This document shows positions 49,653-59,171 of a stretch of 64,000 bases of DNA, piece after piece; the first letter of the stretch is position 1; every line of letters starts with the position of its first letter. The position numbers were made by a program, and so were the translations under genes. Source of the DNA: Opitutales bacterium (GTDB lineage Bacteria; Verrucomicrobiota; Verrucomicrobiia; Opitutales; UBA953); assembly GCA_040398005.1 (NCBI GenBank), contig JBBAUX010000007.1:1-64000 (forward strand), in the 5' to 3' direction. A model generated the notes under the pieces. The model was not told where the DNA came from. It saw only the letters and a program-made list of their open reading frames with translations, and searched no databases.

Positions 49653-50728
49653 GTTACCGCTTATACATTCCAGGACCACTCACGGTCTCTGAATCCATCA
49701 TCACAGCGATGGGCAAGCCCATGATTGGTCACCGATCCAAAGACTTCGTTGCTCTCTATGAAGACATGCAACCAAGGCTGCAGAAAATGTTCTTCACCAC
49801 GGACCCAGTTTATTTAGGTACGAGTTCCGCCTGGGGTGTAATGGAAGGTGCCCTCCGTAATGTTTGTAAGAAAGGCGTTCTCAATTGTATGAACGGTGCG
49901 TTCTCCGACAAATGGTTCGATGTCGCCAAGCGCTGCGGTAAATACGCGGAAGCTTTACAATTCGATTGGGGTAAACCAGTCGATCCAGCAGCTGTTCGTA
50001 CCGCACTCGCGACTGGCAAGTTCGATTGTATCACTTTCATTCATTCCGAAACTTCAACGGGCACTCTTTCAAATATTGCCGAAATCATGGCGGTCATTCG
50101 TGAGTTCCCCGATGTCATCTCGATTGCTGACTCGGTAAGTTCGTTCTCCACCTTACCTATTAAGAAGGACGAACTAGGTATTGATATTCTTCTGACCGGT
50201 TCACAAAAGGCCCTCGCCCTGCCTCCGGGCTTGGCGATTTTCTCCGTCAGTGAACGTGCTCGTACTCGTGCGAAGGAACTTTCCGATCGTGGATATTACT
50301 TCGATTTAATCGAGTTCCACGACAACCACACCAAGGGCATGACCCCTTCGACACCGTGCATCTCTTTATTCTACGGACTCCAACAGCGTCTCGTGGAAAT
50401 TGAAGCGGAAGGTCTAGACAACCGCTACGAACGTCACCGTCGCTTAAACGACAAGGTACGTCAGTGGGGCTTAGCTAAAGGTTTTAGTTTATTACCCAGT
50501 CCTGAATTCGCTACACGCGGACTCAACTGCTTTAAGAACGACCGTAATGCTGATTTAGAACGCTTACTGAAAACTCTCAAATCACGTCACAAACTCGTCA
50601 TCGATGGTGGATACGGAAAATTAAAAGGTAAAACCTTCCGCATCTCCAACATGGGTGAAGAAACTGACGCCACCATTTCCACACTCATTGCCGCGCTTGA
50701 TGACTCTTTCGCTGAGCAAGGAATATAA
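49649..50728 (+). CDS. Class V PLP aminotransferase (alanine-glyoxylate/serine-pyruvate family)
   Basis: IPGP, GHRS, HSETSTG, DSVSS, GSQKAL.LPPG, FRISNMG. Confidence 0.9.
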   Translation: MSYRLYIPGPLTVSESIITAMGKPMIGHRSKDFVALYEDMQPRLQKMFFTTDPVYLGTSSAWGVMEGALRNVCKKGVLNCMNGAFSDKWFDVAKRCGKYAEALQFDWGKPVDPAAVRTALATGKFDCITFIHSETSTGTLSNIAEIMAVIREFPDVISIADSVSSFSTLPIKKDELGIDILLTGSQKALALPPGLAIFSVSERARTRAKELSDRGYYFDLIEFHDNHTKGMTPSTPCISLFYGLQQRLVEIEAEGLDNRYERHRRLNDKVRQWGLAKGFSLLPSPEFATRGLNCFKNDRNADLERLLKTLKSRHKLVIDGGYGKLKGKTFRISNMGEETDATISTLIAALDDSFAEQGI

Positions 50729-50760
50729 CCACGATTTGACAAGCGGTTATAATCCTACGC

Positions 50761-53481
50761 ATGGCAAAAAAATCTTCCAAGGCTCCTTCTGCAAAAACTG
50801 ATAGCTCGGTTTTAAAGACTTTAGTCATCGCTGAAAAGCCATCCGTAGCCGCGGATTTGGCTAAAGTTCTCAAGGTTCCAAAGTCAGGCGATGTGTTCGA
50901 AAACGATGAATGGATTATCAGCTCAGCGGTTGGTCACTTGGTAAAACTGAAGGACCCTGAAGACCTGGATCCCATTTATAAACGTTGGACGCTGAAAGAT
51001 CTACCCATGCTTCCCAAGAAGTATGATGGCACTATCGACGGCTCGATTTTGAAAGTTATTATAAATGAGCGACAAGATGGAGCACGATTTAAACTCCTGA
51101 AAGATCTGATTAAAAGAAGCCATACCATTGTAAATGCCTGTGACGCTGGACGTGAGGGTGAACTTATTTTCGCATATATTTACAGTCTAGTCGGACATCT
51201 TCTGCCCACCAAGCGTTTATGGCTTACCAGTATGACTGCGGATGCCATTAAAAATTCTTTTGATAATTTATTAGCGGGTGACGCTAAGTTAGGGCTACGT
51301 GATTCGGCCATTGGACGATCGGTAGCCGACTGGTTAGTTGGATTGAATGCGAGTCGTCTTTGCACATTGCGAATCGGTGCACGCAGCGAATCCTATCCTG
51401 CGGGCCGCGTACAGACCCCCACGCTCATGTTGATTGTGGAACGCGAATTAGAAATCCGTGCGTTCCAACCCAAAACATTTTGGAAAATTGAAGCCTACTT
51501 TAATATTAAGTCCGGACAGTACAAAGGTGTTGCTCAAGTCCCAGGTGTCACCGATCGCAAAGAAGCGGAACGTTTCTTTGATGAGGCCGCCGCCAAAAAA
51601 GTTTCCGAAGAAAGTCTTAAAATCGGTGTGGGAACAGTTACCGATGAGTGTAAGCCCAAGAAAGAAAGCGCCCCTCGTCTCTTCGACTTAACCAGTCTGC
51701 AACGTGAAGGTAATCGCCGTTTCGGTTTCTCCGCAAAAACCACTCTTGGTGCCGCCCAAGCGCTTTACGAAAAACATAAAGCCCTGACCTACCCTCGTAC
51801 GGATTCGCAGTATTTACCCGAGGATCACTTGCCCACTGCGAAGAATGTACTGGAATCTTTAATCCAAGGACACTCCGTCGGTAATTTCGCTAAAGAAGTT
51901 TTAGCTAAAGGTTGGCTTAACTCGGCTGGTAAACGCGTCTTTGATAACAAGAAAGTTAGCGATCACTTTGCCATCGTCCCCACGGGTACTATTCCGAATG
52001 GACTCTCTGAAGTTGAGCAAAAGATTTACGATTTAGTCGTCCGTCGATTCGTCGGTGTATTCTTCCCGATGGCTGAATTCGAAGAAACCGTTCGAACCAC
52101 TCAAGTCGGTCAGTATAATTTCCGCACCACCGGTAAAGTTTTAGTCGTTGCTGGTTGGCGCGCAGTTTGGGGTCAAGAAGCTGAAGCGGAAGAAGACAAA
52201 GATAAAGAAGGCGCCGCTAATCTCCCAGCTCTGAGCGATGCGGATGGTAAACCACCGCAAGCCAAGGTTGTAGATATCGATGTGAAACAAGATGCCACCA
52301 AGCCACCGGCGCGTTTTAACGAAGCATCACTTTTAGGAGCGATGGAAAATGCGGGTAAACTTGTGGACGACGATGCTCTGGCCGAAGCCATGAAAGAGCG
52401 TGGCTTAGGGACTCCCGCGACACGTGCACAAACGATCGAAGGCCTGTTGGGGCAAAAGTATATGGAGAGACAAGGTAAAGAACTCGTGCCCATGGCTAAG
52501 GCATTCCAGTTACACCAATTTATTCACGCCAAAGGTTTATCCTTCCTCTCCGAACCTCAACTCACCGGCGAGTGGGAATTTCAATTAAAACAAACCGAAC
52601 ACGGCGATCTCTCAGTCAAAAAATTTATCGCCGACATCAAAGTACAGGTTGAAGATTTTATTAATAAAGGTCGCGTTGAACCTGAACCTACCTTGGTGCA
52701 CCCTGAAGTCTTATCACCGTCGGATAAAAAGCCGATGATGACGAATGGTGAAAGTTATTTCTCACAGGATCGTTCGGCTGATGGTAAGAAGCCGATGGTG
52801 ATTGTTTACAAAGGTGTCAACGGACATGAAGTGACGCCGGCTGAACTCGCTGAACTCATTGAGAAGCGTCGCATCGGACCCTTTGATGACTTCAAATCGA
52901 TGAAGTCGGGCAAGAACTACACGGGCTATATTGATTTAGTAGATGAAGATTCGATCGTCTCCTGGAAGAAAAAACCCGAGGAGGCTCCGGCCAAAGACGA
53001 AAACGGTGTCGAAAAGCCTAAGCGCAAAACGAAGCCCAAGCCAGCCACCGGTCGACTCAAAGGTGTACTCTATTTACCACCACGCGAAGGAGCTGCCGGA
53101 AATCCCGATGCTTTTGACGCTGAGTGGCCAGTTCTGGGTAATTGCCCAGTCTCGGGCCTCCCTGTCCAACAAACGCCGTCAGCGGGCTACCGAGTGTGCC
53201 CACAGAAGGCTGCGGAGGCTGGAGCCAAGAAGACTTTTGGTCTCAGTGCTGAAATGCTGAAATGCCCCATTACTCCCGAGGATATAAAAGCCTTACTGAC
53301 GACCGGTAAAACGCCGTTGAAGAAATTTATCTCCCGAAAGACCAATCGAGGATTCGAAGCTTATTTAGTAGCGGATAAAGATAAAGGTTGGTGGTTCGAG
53401 TTTCCTCCGCGCAAGCCCAAGGGCCCACGGAAAGCAGCGGGTGGAGCTTCCGAAAAATCGTCCGACTCGAATCCTTACTAG
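50761..53481 (+). CDS. topB: Type IA DNA topoisomerase III with C-terminal repeats
   Basis: IAEKPSVA, NACDAGREGE, GRVQTPTL, TYPRTDS, GLGTPATRA; two C-terminal F.S.K.G..F.A.L repeats. Confidence 0.92.
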   Translation: MAKKSSKAPSAKTDSSVLKTLVIAEKPSVAADLAKVLKVPKSGDVFENDEWIISSAVGHLVKLKDPEDLDPIYKRWTLKDLPMLPKKYDGTIDGSILKVIINERQDGARFKLLKDLIKRSHTIVNACDAGREGELIFAYIYSLVGHLLPTKRLWLTSMTADAIKNSFDNLLAGDAKLGLRDSAIGRSVADWLVGLNASRLCTLRIGARSESYPAGRVQTPTLMLIVERELEIRAFQPKTFWKIEAYFNIKSGQYKGVAQVPGVTDRKEAERFFDEAAAKKVSEESLKIGVGTVTDECKPKKESAPRLFDLTSLQREGNRRFGFSAKTTLGAAQALYEKHKALTYPRTDSQYLPEDHLPTAKNVLESLIQGHSVGNFAKEVLAKGWLNSAGKRVFDNKKVSDHFAIVPTGTIPNGLSEVEQKIYDLVVRRFVGVFFPMAEFEETVRTTQVGQYNFRTTGKVLVVAGWRAVWGQEAEAEEDKDKEGAANLPALSDADGKPPQAKVVDIDVKQDATKPPARFNEASLLGAMENAGKLVDDDALAEAMKERGLGTPATRAQTIEGLLGQKYMERQGKELVPMAKAFQLHQFIHAKGLSFLSEPQLTGEWEFQLKQTEHGDLSVKKFIADIKVQVEDFINKGRVEPEPTLVHPEVLSPSDKKPMMTNGESYFSQDRSADGKKPMVIVYKGVNGHEVTPAELAELIEKRRIGPFDDFKSMKSGKNYTGYIDLVDEDSIVSWKKKPEEAPAKDENGVEKPKRKTKPKPATGRLKGVLYLPPREGAAGNPDAFDAEWPVLGNCPVSGLPVQQTPSAGYRVCPQKAAEAGAKKTFGLSAEMLKCPITPEDIKALLTTGKTPLKKFISRKTNRGFEAYLVADKDKGWWFEFPPRKPKGPRKAAGGASEKSSDSNPY

Positions 53482-54257
53482 TTTTTCTTCTCCCAAGACT
53501 GACGTGGGATACGTTGGAGAATGGTAAGATTTAATTGATCTTCCATAAACCGCAGATGCTCCAAATCATCGGGTGCATGATCATCTTCGTTGCTGAGTTT
53601 CTTTTGCCAAACCTCGCGATACCAATCGTAGGCGACTTTGGTTTTTCCGCTTTCCCATATAGCCCGAGCACACATAAAATGGACGAACCAAGGTGGGTTT
53701 TTACTTTCCGAAGCACGCTTATAATAGTCGGCCGCTAACGAAAAATCTTTTAGTTTTAGTTCCGACATCTGTCCGGCCGAAATGAGAATTCCGACATTTC
53801 CTCCGGTGTACTTGATGCCCTCCTCGAAGACATTGATGCCATGTCGCGCGTATTTTTTAAATAAATCAGCTTGGATCTCCGCACTGACTTTAGCGTATCC
53901 ACCCCGCTTGCGTATTTCCCAGTGGGCCATGTCGTAACCAATCACGTAGCCTGTGTTCTCCCAAAAATAACGGGCCCGAGGATCCAGTAAACAGGACGTA
54001 CGCATGAGTGCTTCGCAGCCGGCTCGATCGCGTCTTTCCCAAAGCACGTAGCTTCTAATCCAAGCACCATCGGCCACCACGGTCCGAAATCCTCCTAAGA
54101 TGCCCAGCAGCACGCCCTGCCCGAGACTCGGCTCAATTTGTTTTTTGCCCATTTCGGGAATCGAAACCCGAACCTTCATCCAAGAAAACTCTGCAATCAC
54201 TCCAGCCAACCCCAGGCAAACGATTGCGATAATCCATGGGACGCGAGACGACTTCAT
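53478..54257 (-). CDS. Membrane-anchored helical (TPR-like) protein associated with an ABC-2 transporter
   Basis: N-terminal TM, LGGFR..AD..W, LDP...W; TAATG coupling to the permease. Confidence 0.7.
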   Translation of the reverse strand: MKSSRVPWIIAIVCLGLAGVIAEFSWMKVRVSIPEMGKKQIEPSLGQGVLLGILGGFRTVVADGAWIRSYVLWERRDRAGCEALMRTSCLLDPRARYFWENTGYVIGYDMAHWEIRKRGGYAKVSAEIQADLFKKYARHGINVFEEGIKYTGGNVGILISAGQMSELKLKDFSLAADYYKRASESKNPPWFVHFMCARAIWESGKTKVAYDWYREVWQKKLSNEDDHAPDDLEHLRFMEDQLNLTILQRIPRQSWEKKN

Positions 54258-55105
54258 TAAATTTCCCTCTGACGAAACATTAAACTTCCGATGAACAGAA
54301 AGACGAAGATGTAACAACTTCCTGAGAATAATGCCAAGGTCACCGCGCCGTCAGCGACGGATCCGTGATCCAAGGTTAAGGCGTCACCGATATTAAACTG
54401 CTGCAAGTTAGGAATAATATAAGTGGATACAGTTAATAATAATTTTGAAAAAATGTTAAGGTCGCCGGGCTTAAGCAAAGTCTCTTGCGCTAACCATTGA
54501 AGTTGGCCTGCTACTACCAGCATTGAACCGACGATGACGGTGAAAAGAAATGTCCGGGCCAGGGAGGCGACCATCAGAATCATCGCAGCGACGACCCCGA
54601 GGCGTGCCCACTGCATCCCCGTATAAGAGAATAAGCCCGTAATACTCAGCTCAGGCGGGGCTTTGCCGGCTTCGATCGCCGCCACCGTCAGTTCCTGGCA
54701 ACGCGCCCATAAAATGACACCCAAGAGCGTTGAAAGCGTGAAAATGAAAACCCCTAGCACTAACCAAACTCCCAAAAACTTTCCGACCAGAAATTCGGTT
54801 CGACTCACGGGCTTTGCTAATAACGTCAGGGCCGTGCGATTATCCATCTCCGCAAAAAAGAGTTGAGCCGACATGACTACCGCGAGCACCGATCCAAATA
54901 AGAACATGCCACCGAAACCAAAATCGCAGACGAATTTTAATTCACCGTGCCCAAAATCTAAAAATCGAAAGGAGACGGATGAGAGGACCAAGGCGGCGGA
55001 AAGTAAAATCAGGAAAGCAAAGAAGCGCTGACGAATGGCTTCTAAGAATGTCAGCCGAGTCATCCAGAAAATACGGGTCAAGGAGGCTTTCATAAAATTA
55101 GGCAT
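54257..55105 (-). CDS. ABC-2 type permease
   Basis: TFLEAIR, RT..TLLAKPVSR.EF..GKFLG, PNL..FN; multiple TMs. Confidence 0.88.
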   Translation of the reverse strand: MPNFMKASLTRIFWMTRLTFLEAIRQRFFAFLILLSAALVLSSVSFRFLDFGHGELKFVCDFGFGGMFLFGSVLAVVMSAQLFFAEMDNRTALTLLAKPVSRTEFLVGKFLGVWLVLGVFIFTLSTLLGVILWARCQELTVAAIEAGKAPPELSITGLFSYTGMQWARLGVVAAMILMVASLARTFLFTVIVGSMLVVAGQLQWLAQETLLKPGDLNIFSKLLLTVSTYIIPNLQQFNIGDALTLDHGSVADGAVTLALFSGSCYIFVFLFIGSLMFRQREI

Positions 55106-55955
55106 CGCGACTCCCTGTCACAAGTTCACGGAATAAATCATCGAGGGAACGACGTGGGTGAGTGAATGAGGTAACTCTTGCACCGTGTTGAGCGAGGACT
55201 TCTTCAGCAGCACGACGCGCCTCAGGTGTTAAGTTTTCAACGGTGATAATGCTTTGGTCACGGCGGGTTAAAACATCGTCCACCCTGCCCTCGAGTACCA
55301 GTTTTCCACGATCCATAATCGCGATCCGATCACAGACCTGCTCAACTTGTCCTAATAAATGGGAACAAAGAACAATGGTTTTACCCTTTGCTTTCATAGC
55401 TTTTATCATTTGGCCGATGGCCGCTGAGCCCACGGGATCAACCCCAGCAGTCGGTTCATCGAGAATCACCAACTCCGGATCATGCACGATGGCCTGAGCT
55501 AATCCAATGCGTTGTAACATTCCTTTAGAATACGTACCGATGGTTCGGTCACCAGCCTCAGTCATCGCGGTTAAAGCCAGGGCCTCTTCGACAGCTTGAT
55601 TAACAGACTCGGGTTTTACGCCACTTAATCGTGCACAATAAGCGACCAGTTCACGACCCGAAAGAAATTTATGAAAGTAAGGAGCTTCGGGTAAAAATCC
55701 GGTGCGTGAACGTGCCGAGGTAGTCGCAAAAGGAAAACTAAGAATAGAAACTTCACCCGCGGTGGGAGAAATTAATCCCAAAATAATTTTTAAGGTCGTA
55801 CTCTTTCCGCAGCCATTGGGACCCAGTAAGCCAAAGACTTGCCCCCGCGGAATTTCCAGGGAGACATTGTCGACCGCACGCAGCTTCAGACCACGCAGCC
55901 CAATCCGGAAATCTTTAGTCAGTCCTTTAACGGCAATAGCTGGACCAGTATTCAT
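55098..55955 (-). CDS. ABC transporter ATP-binding protein
   Basis: GPNGCGKST, YSKGMLQR, ILDEPT, SH. Confidence 0.95.
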   Translation of the reverse strand: MNTGPAIAVKGLTKDFRIGLRGLKLRAVDNVSLEIPRGQVFGLLGPNGCGKSTTLKIILGLISPTAGEVSILSFPFATTSARSRTGFLPEAPYFHKFLSGRELVAYCARLSGVKPESVNQAVEEALALTAMTEAGDRTIGTYSKGMLQRIGLAQAIVHDPELVILDEPTAGVDPVGSAAIGQMIKAMKAKGKTIVLCSHLLGQVEQVCDRIAIMDRGKLVLEGRVDDVLTRRDQSIITVENLTPEARRAAEEVLAQHGARVTSFTHPRRSLDDLFRELVTGSRDA

Positions 55956-56233
55956 TTTTTAATAATAAAGTTATTTGTGGTACGAACCCCAGAAAAATTT
56001 CTCTGTTCGACGCCACGGATATGTCCATCCAGCGACTTCTCGATCGTTTCGCAGAGTCCATCGATCTCCTTTTCGGAACCTTCTGCGTGAAGGTAGACTC
56101 GCCCATCGGTGAGATTTTGGACAAAGCCCGTTAGGTCATAGCCACGAGCTATGGCGATAACTTGAGCACGAAAACCTACCCCTTGGACGTGTCCAGTGTA
56201 CCAAACTTCCCGATGGGAGACATGGGTTGACAT
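55952..56233 (-). CDS. acyP: Acylphosphatase
   Basis: GHVQGVGFR, GFVQNL.DGRV. Confidence 0.92.
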   Translation of the reverse strand: MSTHVSHREVWYTGHVQGVGFRAQVIAIARGYDLTGFVQNLTDGRVYLHAEGSEKEIDGLCETIEKSLDGHIRGVEQRNFSGVRTTNNFIIKK

Positions 56234-56299
56234 TTTGATGGTTTTAAGGACTCTTTCTATTAACTTAAGTCACGCAATCGCAATATATCACACTACACT

Positions 56300-56596
56300 A
56301 TGAACCTCCCCCTCGCTCAACTTGATGGTCCTATTGTCTGGGCAATTGTCATTGTCGCTGTCCTTCTTTTCGGTGGATCCAAAATCCCAGAATTGGCCCG
56401 CGGACTTGGTAAAGCGAAACGTGAATTCAAAAAAGCCTCTGAAGATGTCAGTGACGAAGTACGCAATGTCGTCGATGAAGATGACCGTCGCCAAGCTCGC
56501 ATTCGCGCTATCGAGGAAGAAGAACGTGTTAAGATTCGTGCTCGCATTGAACAAGAAGAACGCGCCAAACGTTCCGGCGACAGCCATAAGAACTAA
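56300..56596 (+). CDS. tatA: Twin-arginine translocase TatA
   Basis: TM helix followed by LLFGGSKIPELARGLGK..REFK. Confidence 0.93.
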   Translation: MNLPLAQLDGPIVWAIVIVAVLLFGGSKIPELARGLGKAKREFKKASEDVSDEVRNVVDEDDRRQARIRAIEEEERVKIRARIEQEERAKRSGDSHKN

Positions 56597-56601
56597 TTTC
56601 T

Positions 56602-56625
56602 AGGGCCGCACAACGGCCCTTTTTT
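56602..56625 (+). terminator. Intrinsic terminator after tatA
   Basis: AGGGCCG-cacaa-CGGCCCT perfect stem followed by TTTTT. Confidence 0.8.
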
Positions 56626-56629
56626 AGGT

Positions 56630-57220
56630 ATGTTTACTGGACTCGTCCAAGCCGTCGGTGAAATCACTTCCCTGGATAAAAAGTCTCACGGTGGGTGTGT
56701 TCTTACGATTAAGAGTCCTGTCCTCAAAAATGTCGTGCTCGGTGAAAGTATCGCGGTGAACGGCTGCTGCCTCACCGTTGCGGAATTCCAAAACGACGAA
56801 GCTCAATTCGTCTTACTCGAAGAGACCTTAAGACTTACTAATTTAGGAGAACTGCAATTGGGCAGCCTGGTTAATTTGGAGCCCAGTTTGAAGCCCACCG
56901 ATCGCATGGGCGGACACTTTGTGAGCGGACATATCGACAGTTGCGGCCTAGTTAAGCACTGGGGGCTTGATGGAGCCGACTGGAGACTAGAGATTGAGGT
57001 CGCCCCTGAACTCTTGCGCTACGTGGTTCGAAAAGGCTGCATCGCCATCGATGGCATGTCTCTCACTGTTGCGGATGTTCTACCTAACGGAGTAAGAATT
57101 TGGATTATTCCACACACCTTAGAGGTCACCAATTTGAAATTAAGAAAAGTAGGTCAACGGGTGAATATCGAAACAGATCTCTTGGCCAAGTATACCGAGA
57201 AACTTTTAGGTAAAAATTAA
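56630..57220 (+). CDS. ribE: Riboflavin synthase (alpha)
   Basis: MFTGLV, SIAVNGCCLTV, GGHFVSGHID, KG.IAIDG.SLT, IPHT, VNIE.D. Confidence 0.96.
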   Translation: MFTGLVQAVGEITSLDKKSHGGCVLTIKSPVLKNVVLGESIAVNGCCLTVAEFQNDEAQFVLLEETLRLTNLGELQLGSLVNLEPSLKPTDRMGGHFVSGHIDSCGLVKHWGLDGADWRLEIEVAPELLRYVVRKGCIAIDGMSLTVADVLPNGVRIWIIPHTLEVTNLKLRKVGQRVNIETDLLAKYTEKLLGKN

Positions 57221-57870
57221 ATTCCCGAAATTTCGTTGAGTCTATTTTGAATACGTAAAGCGACTGCTTCGTCATTCTCTTCCCGTTGTGGACATGGGAT
57301 AGTTTCAAAATGGATATCTACTTTTGAAAATGGAAGAGGAACAGAAAACTGATCCCAACTTTTGAGTTTTATCGCTTTGTGAAAATTAATACCGACCAGT
57401 AAAAAGGGACGGCGCGTTAGTTTAGCCAGTGCTACAGCGCCTGGTTTGCAAACCCGACGAGGACCCTTGGGGCCATCAGGCGTTACGCCCGCATTGCGTC
57501 CGTCTTTCACATTCCGGGTTAGTTCAATCAAAGCCGACGCGCCTCTTTTGCTCGAAGAACCACGTACGGCGTGTAAGCCCATGATTTTAAAAAATGCGAC
57601 GAGCCACCCGCCGTCCCGACTAGTGCTGATTAAAGCGGTGATGGGTCGACCCAAGAAATTCTGACCAATTAACGGGCTGATAAACAAACGCTCGTGCCAG
57701 AGCATAATAATGACTGGACCATCGGCATCAGTCTCAGGTCTGAAATTCGATTGTACCCGCAATGTAGCCAACCAAATCCGAAAAAAAAGTGCCAATGGAA
57801 AAACCCAAATCCAGTGATACCAAGAGGCATTCACCGGGTTTTCGGGTTGATCGGACGAGGACGTTGACAC
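57217..57870 (-). CDS. DUF374 acyltransferase-family protein (LpxJ-like)
   Basis: LWHER, LISTSRDG, VRGSS, TPDGPKGP, SWDQF..PLPFS. Confidence 0.88.
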   Translation of the reverse strand: MSTSSSDQPENPVNASWYHWIWVFPLALFFRIWLATLRVQSNFRPETDADGPVIIMLWHERLFISPLIGQNFLGRPITALISTSRDGGWLVAFFKIMGLHAVRGSSSKRGASALIELTRNVKDGRNAGVTPDGPKGPRRVCKPGAVALAKLTRRPFLLVGINFHKAIKLKSWDQFSVPLPFSKVDIHFETIPCPQREENDEAVALRIQNRLNEISGI

Positions 57871-57908
57871 TCAAGAATTTAAGAAGTTTTAATCGGAAAG
57901 TTCAAACC

Positions 57909-58448
57909 TTATCCCAGCAGGGTCTTTAAAATCTTATCGCGACTCAAGAGATGAAGGAACGGAGTCGCAAACAACTCCGGCTCTTGTTGTGTCCAGTGTA
58001 TGACTTGCTGGGGCGTACGCCAGACCAGCGAGTCCACTTCGGGTCTAAAGATCTGCGCAGTGAAATCGCCTCTTAATAAATAGGAAACAACGAACTCATT
58101 GCCGAGATTTTCATGACAGGGGGCGTAATCTAGTTCCGTCAAATCATTCACATTAATGGTAATACCTAATTCCTCTTTGAATTCACGGACTGCCGCCTGA
58201 ATATATTTTTCGCCACTGTCGACGTGTCCCGCACAGGAAGTGCTTAAATAGCCAGGGCTATTGTCTTTGGCGTAGGAGCGACGTTGCAAACAGAGTTCGC
58301 CCGCTTGGTTCAGCCAAAAAATATGGATGGCGCGATGCCGGAGATGGCGCTTGTGAATTTCGCCACGACTCAACGGGTGCAAGACATTGTCATTCTCATC
58401 AACCACGTCGAAAAGTTCATCGGGCGACTGTCCGTATTCTTTATTCAT
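57909..58448 (-). CDS. Nudix hydrolase (YfcD/IDI-like)
   Basis: DVVDEND, HRAIHI, QRRS..KD..PG, AGHVDSGE....AVREFKEELGI Nudix box; start set at MNKEY. Confidence 0.9.
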   Translation of the reverse strand: MNKEYGQSPDELFDVVDENDNVLHPLSRGEIHKRHLRHRAIHIFWLNQAGELCLQRRSYAKDNSPGYLSTSCAGHVDSGEKYIQAAVREFKEELGITINVNDLTELDYAPCHENLGNEFVVSYLLRGDFTAQIFRPEVDSLVWRTPQQVIHWTQQEPELFATPFLHLLSRDKILKTLLG

Positions 58449-59169
58449 GGTGTCCAAGGTCCATAATAGTGCTCCAACGCTTGGTGAGTTCACGGTCGTG
58501 CTTTTTCCAGTCGCCATCCCACTGCGCCAGCTGATTCCAGAATTTGTCGGAATGGTTCATGTGTAGTCGATGAGCTAACTCATGCAGAATCACATGATCA
58601 TGAATGAGTGGAGGTAATAAAATGAGCCGCCAATTAAGCGAAAGTGTTCCGGTGGTAGAGCAAGAGCCCCAACGGGTAGTCTGATCACGCACGCTGACCG
58701 CTCCCACCGTTACCTTGGTTTTTTTGGCCAACCGGCTCACCGCTAAATTCAATCCTGTTTCTGCCAGTTTGCGTGTCGCCCTCAGTGCTGCTTGTTCTTC
58801 AATATCCTTCGGTAAGGTTAAATCCACCGTCTCCGTTTCATCATTAATTTGAACTAACGTACGTCCTCCGTTTTTAATTTGTAGAGTCATAATCCGATCA
58901 TCAATCGTGACCCAACTAAATTTGGAGAAATGTTTTAAGAGATGCGGCTGGGTGGCCCGGGTCTTACTGAGTGCCTGCTCTAACCAGGGAATTTGATCAT
59001 GTAAAAAAGCCAAAACCGCACGTTGCGAGGTCTGCGGCGGATAAGATAAAACAATCTTGGGGCCAGGCTTAACCGATAAGCGTACACGCGTGGAACGCTC
59101 AGAGAGTTTGGGCCAAACTTCAACAGCACGCCCAGCGACATGGACAACGATGGGCTCAGCCGAAGACAT
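58441..59169 (-). CDS. YgjP/DUF45 (SprT/M48-like) HExxH metallohydrolase
   Basis: RDQTTRWGSCS, LNWRL, HELAH..HMNH...FW. Confidence 0.9.
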   Translation of the reverse strand: MSSAEPIVVHVAGRAVEVWPKLSERSTRVRLSVKPGPKIVLSYPPQTSQRAVLAFLHDQIPWLEQALSKTRATQPHLLKHFSKFSWVTIDDRIMTLQIKNGGRTLVQINDETETVDLTLPKDIEEQAALRATRKLAETGLNLAVSRLAKKTKVTVGAVSVRDQTTRWGSCSTTGTLSLNWRLILLPPLIHDHVILHELAHRLHMNHSDKFWNQLAQWDGDWKKHDRELTKRWSTIMDLGHHE

Positions 59170-59171
59170 TG

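Noticed and set aside
56490..56570. Internal repeat in the TatA tail (RIRAIEEEER / KIRARIEQEER)
   Set aside because: TatA C-terminal tails are normally charged, variable and low-complexity
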